NCBI GenBank assembly: GCA_043228905.1
Contig: JBHGNT010000010.1
Location: 7,626,001-7,690,000 of the forward strand
Origin: Azolla caroliniana
Taxonomy: Eukaryota; Plantae; Polypodiophyta
DNA: 64,000 bases
Direction: 5' to 3'
The notes under the pieces are model-generated. The model ran no database searches. It saw nothing but the letters and a program-made list of their open reading frames with translations, and was not told where the DNA came from. A program made the translations under genes and the position numbers. This document shows positions 1 to 11,222 of this stretch, piece by piece (positions within the stretch are counted from its first letter, which is position 1; the number at the start of each line of letters is the position of its first letter).

Positions 1-167
1 AATCTCGGTTCCTCCCCCTCAAGCCGGTGACGAAGGCTTGTAGTGTGTGGGCAAAGGTCGACTACTTCCACCAATTGTGGGTTACGAGCCCCTTCGGTGG
101 AGCTCTTGGGCTCTTGTTCAGCCACTACCTTCATCGTGAAGGCGTAATGATGGGCCATGTACTCGTT

Positions 168-1579
168 CTAGCCGTGCCGAGTGAAGGGGTTCTTAGTTCT
201 AGATGAGCATCGAAGTTTTTCGCTCGCCGATGTGAGTGCCTTCTTTACTCCGGGTGTCCGCATGATGGGTACACCGAACTCACTGTCTAGTGAGGGAGCC
301 GATCCATCTGAATCATTGTTGTCAGGGTGGTCGAATTCGTATTCGGGCATCTTACCTTTGTCTTTGTCCAAGTTCGTACTTGGCTGTGACGTGCTTGGGT
401 CGCGTGGGGGCTCTTGTGGCCCACTAGGCCTTGCCATAATCGGACTTTCTTTGAACATGTGTTCGAAGTGATCTCCATCTTCTACCTCTTGTTCGGTGGA
501 TTCCGGGTCGAGCGGAGTCGGAGTCGAAGTTGTCTCTGGTGCATACTAGGATGCGGACTTGTCGAAGACTACCTCTCGACTTACCCGAACCGCTCGGCTA
601 GAAGGGTTGTAGCACTTGTATGCCTTCTTCTTGGACGAGTATCCTATGAGGATACATTCCTCCGACTTCGCGTCGGGCTTCTGTCGGCTTTCGTTCGGGA
701 TGCGTACATTCGCAATGCTTCTCAACACCTTGAGGTGTGACAGGATCGGCTTCCTTCCGACGAGGAGCTCGTAGGGAGCTAGCTCAAGGGCTCCATTGGT
801 GGTGCACCGATTCATGAGATAGACGGCCATGGATGCCACTTCGACCCAATAGAAATTCGGCATGTGCTTCTCATGCAACATGGCGCGTGCTACCTCGAGT
901 ATTTGCTGATTTTTCCTTTCGGTGACTCCATTTTGTTGGGGTTTGTGTCAGCATGAGAATTCTCAACAAATGCCTTCACTTTGGAGGTAGGAGGTGAATT
1001 CGTCGGAAAAGTACTCCTTGCCTTCATCCGATCGTAGGCATCGAATGTGTCGACCGGTTTCTTTCTCGATTTGCCCCTTGAGCTTTTGGAAGTGGGAGAA
1101 CACTTCACTCTTCTTTTTCATCGTGAAGATCCATGTGTAGCGCGAGTAGTCGTCGATGAAGGTGATGTAGAATCGGCATCCATCGATCGTCGGCGTTTGA
1201 GCCGGTCCCCATACATCCGAGTGTATGATGTCGAGGAGGCCTTTGTTTGCGGAGCTCTCCTTCGAGAATGGGATTCGATGTTGTTTGTCGAGTTGATACG
1301 CATCGCATACTCGGTCACCTCGTTTCGACTCGAATGTCGGAAGTCCAATGACGACTCCCTTTGTTTGCATAGCTCGAAGCCGTTGGAGGTTTATGTGGCC
1401 GATTCTCTTGTGCCACAACTCGATGCTTGTCTCGGTTTTGAGACTTTTAGCGTACATTGCCGATTTCACCTCGTTCGAATCGAGGATGAACATTCGGCCG
1501 TCTCTCTGCCCCTTCGCTCTAAGTTGTCCATCTTTCTCGATGAAACAACCTTCGTTGTTGAAGCGAACTTGCATGCCTT
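168..1579 (-). pseudogene. Copia A integrase and linker, frameshifted
   Basis: ORFs 963-1658 (part), 546-881 and 168-458 carry LWHKRIGHIN, HSDVWGP, IDDYSRY, YKCYNP, EVVFD. Confidence 0.9.
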
Positions 1580-1719
1580 TGTCATGTGTATACAAAACCC
1601 AATAAACTTTATAGTGATTCGAACCCATGACCTCCTCAAAGAAGGCATACAACCCCATTCATTAGGATACATAATATTGTATGTATTAAATAATAAATTC
1701 TATTATATCAATAGGAAAT
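1580..1719 (+). repeat. Truncated first LTR of T
   Basis: Matches the first ~140 bp of LTRs 2689-3144 and 7583-8037, then jumps into integrase sequence (TTATTTTGGCTTCACGG, cf. 7071). Confidence 0.92.
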
Positions 1720-1720
1720 T

Positions 1721-2688
1721 TTATTTTGGCTTCACGGTCTTCCGAATGACATCATTAGTGATCGTGGCCCACAATTCATCTCAAAATTCTGGAAACACTT
1801 CCTTGAGATGCTCAAAATTTCCTGTAAACTTTCGTCAAACTATCATCCACAAAGTGACGGTCAAACCAAGTGGAAGAATCAAACATTAGAGCAATATCTT
1901 CGGTGTTTCATCAATTACCAATAGGATGATTGGGGTGGATTTTTTGCACTTTGCAGAGTTTGCATACAATAATTCAATTTATTCCTCAACTGGGTATACT
2001 CCATTTTTTGCAAACATAGGATATCATCCTCGTTGGACAATGATGGAACATCCAGAAATCTCGAAAAATCATGCTGTTGAAGATCGTCTGCGTCAACTCC
2101 AAAATGTGCATGTTGCACTTTCTCAACATTTGCAAACTGCTCAAGCCACACACAAAAAAGCCGCAGATTGTCATTGTCTTGACTCTTCACCACAGGAACC
2201 GAAGTTTCGAATTGGGGATCGTGTATGGTTACTATGACGTAATGTGAAGACTACTAGACCTTGTGACAAGCTGGATTATCAACGACTTGGTCCATTTATT
2301 ATCTCCAATCAGATTAATGATGTTGCATTCCGCCTTGATCTATCTCTACAGATGCATCTACATCCGGTATTTCATGTCTCATTGTTGGAACCCTACATTG
2401 GTAGTTCCATTCCAAATCGGATTGTTCTACCCCCACCTCCCGTTCAACTTGTTGATGGCCCAAAATTTGAAGTCAAAGCTATTTTGAACTCCAAGATAAT
2501 ACATAAAATGCTTTATTATCTCGTGGATTGGTTAGGATATACACCAAATGATCGTACTTGGGAGCCAGCTGAGAACCTTGATAATGCCTCTGACTTGGTG
2601 GCTGAATTTCATCGCCAATATCCAGATAAGCCAAGTCCGAATTCATGCATTACGACTCGTGGAACTCGTTGTCAAAGGAGGGGGATGG
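1721..2688 (+). pseudogene. Integrase core, C-terminus and chromodomain of T (first unit)
   Basis: ORFs 1926-2237 (EFAYNNS, TGYTPFFAN) and 2244-2714 (GPF motif, HPVFHVSLL, chromodomain); PPT AAAGGAGGGGGATGG before 2689. Confidence 0.9.
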
Positions 2689-3144
2689 TGTCATGTGTAT
2701 ACAAAACCCAATAAGCTTTGTAGTGATTCAAACCCATGACCTCCTCAAAGAAGGCATACAACCCCATCCATTACGATACATCATATTGTATATATTAAAA
2801 TAGTAAATATTATTATATCAATAGGAAATACATATAATAATATTATTGAAATGTCGCCACCTTGCATAGGCTAACGCATGGTTGCCAAGGGGCATACTTG
2901 CATGAATGCCAAGTGGCGATCATGCGTGCCTATGAGGTGGTGAGCATGATGTATCCAAACCATGCTATATAAACATGTATTTGACTATTGATGAACCATT
3001 CTGGTTCAACGCTAGTCTTCGGCATATTCTTGTAAACATTGCTCTCGTTGTTAATACATCATCAAATTCTTCTTACCTCTCTCATATCTTTCGCTTCTCA
3101 TTCTCTTCTTCATTTTAAACTCTATCCTAACTTTGGCCTTGACA
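2689..3144 (+). repeat. Middle LTR of T (456 bp)
   Basis: TG...CA, near-identical to 7583-8037; TATATAAA at 2966-2973. Confidence 0.96.
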
Positions 3145-3146
3145 GT

Positions 3147-3158
3147 TTGAACCAGAAT
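3147..3158 (+). promoter_or_regulatory. Self-priming primer-binding site of T
   Basis: TTGAACCAGAAT is the exact reverse complement of LTR 2998-3009 (ATTCTGGTTCAA), ~25 nt downstream of the TATA box; no TGG tRNA-type PBS. Confidence 0.8.
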
Positions 3159-3262
3159 TTTCCTACCTTCTCTCTCTGTCTCTGTCTCTCTTTCTGTGTC
3201 TCGTTCACTCTCTTCTCCTTCCTTCCTTCTCCTTGAAAATCTTGCCAAACGTTATCCTCTCC

Positions 3263-4447
3263 ATGGAGTCAGTTAGCAATCAAGAGTATGTTCGAGTCGT
3301 CTCTGAACTAGAGCATCTCGCAAATAAGTTTGTGGCATTAGAACAAGAGAATCAACGATTGCTTGGAGATTTGCAACAAGTAAGCATAGAAAAGGCACAA
3401 CAATATGATGAGTTATCGACACATGTATTGCAACTCGAAACAACATTGCGGTCTCTTCATCAACAAGCTTCAATGCAACAAACCTCTCCCAAAGAACCGA
3501 AGATTTGTTTTCCTGGGAAGTTCGATGCTAATCGATCATAGTTTCAAGGATTTCTAAACCAAGTACGTCTAGTAATTCATATGCACCCTAATAGGTATCC
3601 GACTGATGCAGCTCAAGTTGGACTAGTTGGGACCCTCTTAACAGGAACTGCATTAGCGTGGTTTGCACCACTGCTAGAAAAGAAGTCTCCTCTTCTCCAA
3701 GACTTCGAAGGTTTTATTAGAGAATTTCAAGAAAACTTTGGAGACACTGATAGTGTTAGAACAACGATTAACAAGATTCAAAGACTTCGTCAAGGGGACC
3801 ATCCTGCCTCTGCCTATGCCACAGATTTCCGCCTCCTAGCTTGTGTTATTCCGGGGGATGAAGAAGCCTTAATGGATCAATTTCTCTATGGACTAAGAAA
3901 TTATGTAAAGGATTTGCTATTAACTTTTCATGAAGATCCAAGATCACTTACAGAAGCGATAAGTCGTGCAGTGCGATGTGACAACCGCTTATTCGAGCGA
4001 CGTTCGGAGCATCAATTAATGTCACGACCAAGAACGGATAAAACATATGCTTCGGTAGTAGCCTCGACACCTACGAGCACTACCCAAACTTCACGCATGA
4101 TTCCATCAGGTGGTCCAAGTCCAATGGAGATCGATGTAATACATCGTCGAGGGCCTTTATTTGAAGCTCAGAAACAAAGACGTCGAGCAAACCATCTATG
4201 TTTGTATTGTGGTGGTCTAGGACACATCGCGATCACATGCCCACATAGGCCAAAACGACAAGTAAATCAAGTTGGTATTAGTGAGAATCTTCATTCCAAT
4301 TTTCTAGTTAGATCGTCTAGCCCTAGTAGTCCCACATGTCATGGTCAGTCCAATAGTTTTGATGTCTTGAGTCAACTTGATGAAATATTAAACGATGAAG
4401 TCCAACCAAAATCGGAGCCATTTGGTTGGACAATCCTGAATACATAA
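3263..4447 (+). pseudogene. gag: gag of T (coiled-coil N-terminus, PEG10/Ty3-like capsid, CCHC knuckle), one in-frame stop at 3539-3541
   Basis: ORFs 3233-3541 and 3581-4447 share a frame; KEPKI..P.KFD, PMEID, CLYCGGLGHIAITC. Confidence 0.88.
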
Positions 4448-4549
4448 AGTCAATCCCAAGTACTGGTTCCATTTTATCGAATCATGTTAGCAGAGTTTTT
4501 TCAGCACAAGTTGAGCTTAGCACTTCTAGGTGTCATTGAGTTCCTGTCT

Positions 4550-7500
4550 CTACTCTCTTAGATTCAGGAGCCAACTCTTGTTTTATGGACAAAGAATTTG
4601 CTTTATCCGAGAAAATCCTATTGAAAAACCTCCCTTGTCCTGCATCTGTTGTAGTCATTGATGGTCACCTTATTTCATCCGGGAATATAGTTGAAGAATC
4701 TGAGCCAATTCGAGTAGTTCTTGGTAGCTTTGCTTGTATGATTTCCTTCAATATAATTAGTAGCCCTGAGCATCCGGTTATCCTTGGTTTGCCTTGGTTT
4801 GAACTCCACAATCCTGAAATTGATTGGAGAAATCGAACAATCAATGATTTCTAGCAGAAACTTGAATCCAACTGCCTTGTTACTACCAACCAAGATTCAA
4901 AGCCTCACCAAATCTCGCCCATCTCTCTACAAAAATTACGATAAGACGGGCAAAAAAATGAAATGTTTGTCTTTGCAATAATAGCAAACCCATCCTCTAG
5001 CTCACAAGGGGCAGGTACTCCCCTCCCTACCAAGTACTTGGATTTTGAAGACATCTTCAACAAAGCTAAAGCTAGTTCTCTCCCAGACCATCGGCCTTAT
5101 GATTGCCCTATCGATCTACAACCTGGGAAAGAGCCACCATGGGGCCCAATATATAATCTATCACCTTTCGAACTCAAGGCCCTTCGAGAGTATATAGACG
5201 AGCACTTAGCAAATGGATTCATTCGACATTCTAAAAGCCCTACTGGTGCACCCATCTTCTTTGTCAAGAAGAAAGATGGATCTCTACGACTGGTCGTGGA
5301 CTATCGAGGTCTAAACAAAATCACAGTTTGAAATAGATATGCTCTACCCTTGATTTCGAGTTTACTAGAGGGTGTTAGTGGAGCGAAGGTTTTCACAAAG
5401 CTAGATCTTCGAGGTGCATATAACCTTGTTCGGATACGTCCAGGAGATCAATGGAAGACAGCATTCCGTACTCGGTACGGACATTTCAAGTACACAGTTA
5501 TGCCTTTTGGTCTCACGAATGCACCCACGGTTTTTCAACACATGGTGAATGATATTTTCTATGATTTTTTGGATTCATTCACCATACTATATCTTGATGA
5601 CATCGTGATCTACTCGAAAACTCAAGAAGATCATCCATACATGTCTGCCAAGTCTTCCAACGCTTACGAGAATATGGGCTCTATGCCAAATTCGAGAAAT
5701 GTAGCTTTGATCAAAACCACGTGGAGTTTCTAGGCTATGTGGTTTCACAACAAGGTATATCTATGGATCTGTCTAAGGTTCAAACAATTCTAAACTGGCA
5801 ACCACCTCGTTCAATACGTGATGTTCAATGTTTCTTGGGATTTGCGAATTTTTACCGCAAATTTATCAAGAATTATTCAAACATTGTGATGCCTCTCACA
5901 GAGCTTACACGAAAGAACAAGTCATTCACATGGAGTTCTAGTGCAACCAAAGCTTTTGAAAGCCTAAAGAGCGCATTCACTTTTGCTCCAATTCTACTTC
6001 ATGCTGACCTAGAAAAACCGTTTATCATCGAGGCGGATGCGTCTCATTTTGCACTAGGAAGGATCTTGTCACGGACAGGAGATGATGGGAAGCTACATCC
6101 AATTGCTTTCCATTCACGCAAATTCGAAGCTGCAGAGATCAATTACGAGATTCACGACAAAGAGCTTCTAGCCATTATAGACTCGTTTGAACAGTAGAGA
6201 CATTTCTTAGAAGGTTCTCCCCACCAAATCATTGTTTACAATGACCATAAAAACCTCACATACTTTCAAAGTGCTAGAGTGTTGAGTCATCGCCAAGCTC
6301 GTTGGGCACAGATTCTAACGCGTTTTGACTTCGTCATCATGTATCGCCCAGGAGTACAACAAGGAAAGGCAAATGCTCTCTCACGACGATCTTATTTAGC
6401 TCCACAACCAGGAGAGCCCACATTTGATCATCAAAAACAAATCTTCTTGGGGCCCAATCGGTTACAACTATTAACTATTAATGCCTCTCAAGCATTTGAA
6501 GATTCAAGTCTTCTTGATTCAATCCGAACAGATATCATTTCTGATGAATTTGCTCAAGATATATTGAATCATATAATTTCAGATTGCACTTCTTCTTCAA
6601 GCTCCATGAATCCTCGTAAAAATTATAACCAGTTTAAATGGGATAATGGTTTACTTTTTCGCAACACACTTTTGTATGTCCCAAATGGTTCGTCTCGACT
6701 TCAAGTAATGCAATATTGTCACAACAACCCAATGGCCGGGCACTTTGGAATCCACAAAACTTTGGAGCTAGTTTCTCGAAACTATTGGTGGCCTCACCTT
6801 CGAGAGTTTATTGAAGCTTATGTTCGTAGTTGTGATGTGTGTTGTCAGTCAAAGATTCCACGACATCGACCATATGGGTTATTACAACCATTGCCAGTTC
6901 CTATTGGTCTGTGGAAATCCATCTCGATGGATTTTATTACAGATCTTCCAATTTCAAAGCGTTTTGATGCTATTCTCACTATAGTAGATCGATTCACAAA
7001 GATGGCGCATTTTCTTCCATGCACAAAAACCATCAATAGAAAAGAAACTGTAGACATCGTTATGAAAGAATTATTTTGGCTTCACGGTCTTCCGAATGAC
7101 ATCATTAGTGATCGTGGCCCACAATTCATTTCAAAATTCTGGAAACACTAGACCTTGTGACAAGCTAGATTATCAACGACTTGGTCCATTTATTATCTCC
7201 AATCAGATTAATGATGTTGCATTCCGCCTTGATCTACCTCTACAGATGCATCTACATCTGGTATTTCATGTCTCATTGTTGGAACCCTACATTGGTAGTT
7301 CCATTCCAAATCGGGTTGTTCTACCCCCACCTCCCATTCAACTTGTTGATGGCCCAAAATTTGAAGTCAAGGCTATTTTGAACTCCAAGATAATACATAA
7401 AATGCTTTATTATCTCGTGGATTGGTTAGGATATACACCAAATGATCGTACTTGGGAGCCAGCTGAGAACCTTGATAATGCCTCTGACTTGGTGGCTGAA

Positions 7501-7582
7501 TTTCATCGCCAATATCCAGATAAGCCAAGTCCGAATTCATGCATTACGACTCGTGGAACTCATTGTCAAAGGAGGGGGATGG
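4550..7582 (+). pseudogene. pol: pol of T (PR-RT-RH-IN-chromodomain), multiple stops/frameshifts and an internal integrase deletion at 7149/7150
   Basis: [71 protein letters not shown], chromodomain. Confidence 0.92.
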
Positions 7583-8037
7583 TGTCATGTGTATACAAAA
7601 CCCAATAAGCTTTATAGTGATTCAAACCCATGACCTCCTCAAAGAAGGCATACAACCCCATCCATTACGATACATCATATTGTATATATTAAATAGTAAA
7701 TTTTATTATATCAATAGGAAATACATATAATAATATTATTGAAATGTCACCACCTTGCATAGGCTAATGCATGGTTGCCAAGGGGCATGCTTGCATGAAT
7801 GCCAAGTGGTGATCATGCGTGCCTATGAGGTGGTGAGCATGATGTATCCAAACCATGCTATATAAACATGTATTTGACTATTGATGAACCATTCTGGTTC
7901 AACGCTAGTCTTCGGCATATTCTTGTAAACATTGCTCTCGTTGTTAATACATCATCAAATTCTTCTTACCTCTCTCATATCTTTCGCTTCTCATTCTCTT
8001 CTTCATTTAAAACTCTATCCTAACTTTGGCCCTGACA
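7583..8037 (+). repeat. 3' LTR of T (455 bp)
   Basis: Preceded by PPT AAAGGAGGGGGATGG, followed by TSD GCCTT. Confidence 0.96.
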
Positions 8038-8042
8038 GCCTT

Positions 8043-9316
8043 GCTCCACGATTAGGCCGACCGACACCAAATTCTTCGTTATTCTGGGTACGTGCAAGAC
8101 ATTCTTGATGCAAGTTTGTTCGCCTTCTTTCCCGAATGGGACATTGCCGATGTGCCGAATGGGATGCGTGGTGTTGTTTCTCGTCTCTTGAAGTTGGGTC
8201 GGTCCGGTGTACGCAAGTTATTGAACCACTCCTTGTGGGATATCATGTGATGTGAGATGCCGGAATCGACGAGCCACATGTATTCCGAATTGGAGGTGCT
8301 TGCGGAATTCGATGCCGTCATAGAGTTCGCTCTATTCCTCATTACGAACATTCTTCCACGGTTGTCGTAGTCGGAATTCGATGCGTGATTCGTGGACATT
8401 CCGTTATGATTGTCGTAGTCAGAATTCGATGCATGATTCGTGAACATTCCGCTACGATTGTCGTAGTTGGAGTTCGATGTGTAGTTTGTGAGTTGTCGAC
8501 TTGTCGAAGTTGACTCACTTCTCTTTTTCCGACACTCCGACACTCCGCAATAATTGCAAGTTGCGGGCCTCATTTTCCAACCATGTTCGGCATGGAAGCT
8601 CCCCCTTCTTCTGAAGGTTCTGCGATGGCTTCCGTGAAGGTTTGAGTTCCCTTCATGTGATGGGTCGAATTGAATTCTTCTACCGTCGTGATGTCCTCCT
8701 CGGCCACCATCCGAATTCAAGAACATTTGTCCTTCCGACGTCTTGCTTTTGGTTCGAACGTGGTTCTCTTCGACCAATGGCATTGATTGGAGGTCGACGA
8801 ATGAAGGAGGGTTTTCTCTCGCCAAGAAAACCGTCCGTAATGGATCGACTCGTTGTGCAAGGCCGCGTAAGCATACTTGAACCATCTTTTCTTCATCAAC
8901 ATTTATGTTGATGGAGCCAAGTGAGTCGCAAATGCTCTTGATCTTGGCGGTGTAGTCCGACACAAACATATCTTTTTGCCAAATGTTGTTCGACTCTTGT
9001 CGAAGTTGAAGCTTTCGGGCGGTCGTGTTGGCGGCGAACATTTTCTTTAAGTTCACCCACACTTCTTTAGGCGTCTTGGCGTCTCAAATGTGGCTAACCA
9101 TGTGGTCGTGGACACATGTTGCCAAGCAATACATGACTCGACTCGCCGCTTGCTCCCATGTTGCATAGTTGGCGTTCTTTGAGTCGGGTCGATTTTCTTG
9201 AGCATCGTTGATGTAGCTCCAATACCCTTGGCCGACGAGGTATTGGGTCATCTTGTACTCCCAAGATTAATAATTGCTCTGGTCTTGCTTTTCGCTAGGG
9301 AGCGAGCTACCCATTT
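8043..9316 (-). pseudogene. gag: Copia A gag-protease
   Basis: ORF 8079-9062 (UBN2-type gag, degenerate knuckle CNYC, WLVDSG protease); homologous to 37377-38474. Confidence 0.88.
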
Positions 9317-9482
9317 GTTGTCATGTTGATTGTGTCTTCTTTTCTTTTGTTTTTCTTCCTTCGATCATGTGTACGTGCTACGTGGCAGCACTACGGTAGC
9401 GGTTGGCCGTAATTTGTCGTCGGCGTTTCGAACACACAATCACGAAGAGTCAAGTGGGCTTAGTGGATATGCTAAAGCACAC

Positions 9483-9494
9483 GCTCTGATACCA
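9483..9494 (-). promoter_or_regulatory. tRNA-iMet PBS of Copia A
   Basis: TGGTATCAGAGC on minus strand adjacent to the LTR. Confidence 0.95.
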
Positions 9495-9599
9495 TGTTAA
9501 GAATTAGGTAAGTAATTAAGCAATGATTAATTAGTACCTAATTATGTGATTAGTTGATAAGTGGAAGATTATGTGATATGTGTGTGTATGTGTGTGAGA

Positions 9600-9645
<46 letters not shown>

Positions 9646-9969
9646 CACTTATGAAAAACACAAGATGAGGGATGAGTAAGTATATTAAATTAACATTATC
9701 ATCATCATCATCAAATACAAAAATACCCACAATGAGGTATATATACATCTCATGTGCAAAGGTGCACATGTGTGAGTAGAATATAGGTACTAATGTGTAA
9801 GTCCTATATTAAATGTACTTAGGAGTGGAGGATCTAGAATATCCCACTTAAGTACAAGGTCCTATTTAAGGCGTTATAGTCAACACTTCTAACTAGATTC
9901 TATCTAGGTAACTACGAAGTTACATGGTTGATTAACTAACTAAACTAAGTTGAGCTTGATCTCTCAACA
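9495..9969 (-). repeat. 5' LTR of Copia A, with (GA)n tract
   Basis: TG...CA; homologous to 35077-35521 and 38645-38979 + 57785-57898. Confidence 0.95.
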
Positions 9970-10678
9970 CTTCTGTAAGTGATTTTGGATCCTCGGGGAA
10001 GGTAAGAAGTAAGTCCTTCACATCACTACGAAGACCGGAACGAAATTGCTCCATTAGGGATTGGTCATCCCAAGGAATATCTCTTGCGATGAGACGGAAA
10101 TTACTTGCATATGTTGAGGCTGGTTGATCACGTTGACGTATTGTACGAATCTTGTTGATTGATGTTCTTGCCCCATCTGTATCTTCGAAGCAAGCCTTAA
10201 ATTCTTTGACAAACTCCTCAAAAATTATGCAATAGAGGAAAATTTGTGTCCAGTAATGGAGCAAACCATGACAACGCTATGGCAGTCAATAAGGTGCCCC
10301 CTAACCCGACTCGTGATGCATCTGTCGGATAACGTGTGGGATGCATTTGGATTACCAACCGCACTTGATTCAAGAAACCTCGGAAATGCACCCTCGAACC
10401 ATCAAATTTTGCTGGGAGACTGATTTTGGGCTCCTTAATACTTCGCTGACCTTCGAGCCTTTGTTGTTGTAAAATTACAATTGTTAGTTCTAATTGTTGC
10501 ACCCGTCGCCAAAGTAACCTTTTCTAGATCCCCAAGAAGACGTTGATTCTCTAATTCAAGAGATGCGGACTTGGATTTAAGATTCTCCATTTATGCAACA
10601 AGGGTGATATATTCTTCTGAGTTAATAGCAGCCATGGTTTCGTGATGTTTATAGAGAAGGATAAAGGAGAGAGAGAGA

Positions 10679-10715
<37 letters not shown>

Positions 10716-11178
10716 TGAATCAAACTGTCAGAAGCAAGAGAAAAGATAGAGTGGCAGAAGAAAGATGTAAAAAGATCACAAGAACAGAGGAATGAACTGA
10801 TAAGAGAAGAATGAATGTATTAATAAGATAGAATGAAAATGGATACAAGATAGGCAATGAAAGCTTAAGACTGGTGTTGATTAGAATTGGTTTGAGAAGA
10901 ATTGTATGTCTATATTTATAGGTTCCTATAGAATAGCCTAGAGATTTTTAGAATGTTCTAGAATGTTCTAGACCTAGAATATTCTAAGATGTTCTAGGAT
11001 GTTCTAGAATGTTCTAGAATGTTCTAGAATGTTCCAGAACATTTAAAATACTTAGTCTATTACAACAACTAGCTTTTATCATTTTATATGATCATATGCT
11101 ATCTTAATGGTTAGGTTCTTGATTATGTATTACAAGGTCTTGGGTTCAAGCCCAATGTTGTTAATCCTAGGCTGGACA
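9970..11178 (-). mobile_element. Second Tcn1-like chromovirus I (5' LTR and start of gag visible; interrupted by Copia A)
   Basis: gag ORFs 10218-10502 and 9932-10264 homologous to T gag (KEPKISLPAKFDG, MHPTRYPTDA, EDPKSLTE); LTR 10726-11178 reads TGTCC...TGACA on minus. Confidence 0.85.
10726..11178 (-). repeat. 5' LTR of I, with tandem CTAGAATGTT decamers at ~10935-11040
   Basis: TG/CA termini, minus-strand TATA (CTATAAATA) near 10915, length similar to T LTRs. Confidence 0.78.
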
Positions 11179-11222
11179 AGCCACTAACTCATAATTTATC
11201 TAATTACAACTCATACTCTGGC

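Larger units (their letters stand above)
1580..8037 (+). mobile_element. Chromoviral Ty3/Gypsy element T (Tcn1-like) with three LTRs
   Basis: TSD GCCTT at 1575-1579 and 8038-8042 (empty site GCATGCCTTGCTCC seen in B at ~37211); TGTCA...TGACA ends; gag, PR, RT (YLDD), RH, IN and chromodomain (YLVDWLGY..RTWEPAENL). Confidence 0.95.
1..9969 (-). mobile_element. Ty1/Copia LTR retrotransposon A, non-autonomous (gag-PR-IN, no RT/RNase H); 3' LTR lies just left of the window; interrupted by element T
   Basis: 5' LTR 9495-9969 (TGTTAAG...CTCTCAACA on +), tRNA-iMet PBS, Copia gag/PR/GAG-pre-integrase/integrase motifs (LWHKRIGH, HSDVWGP, FIDDYSR, SREVVFD); colinear with element B at 35077-57898. Confidence 0.93.

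Noticed and set aside
1800-2255. Deleted integrase segment equals the LTR length (456 bp)
   Set aside because: No sequence relation to the LTR; 3-bp microhomology explains the junction, so treated as coincidence.
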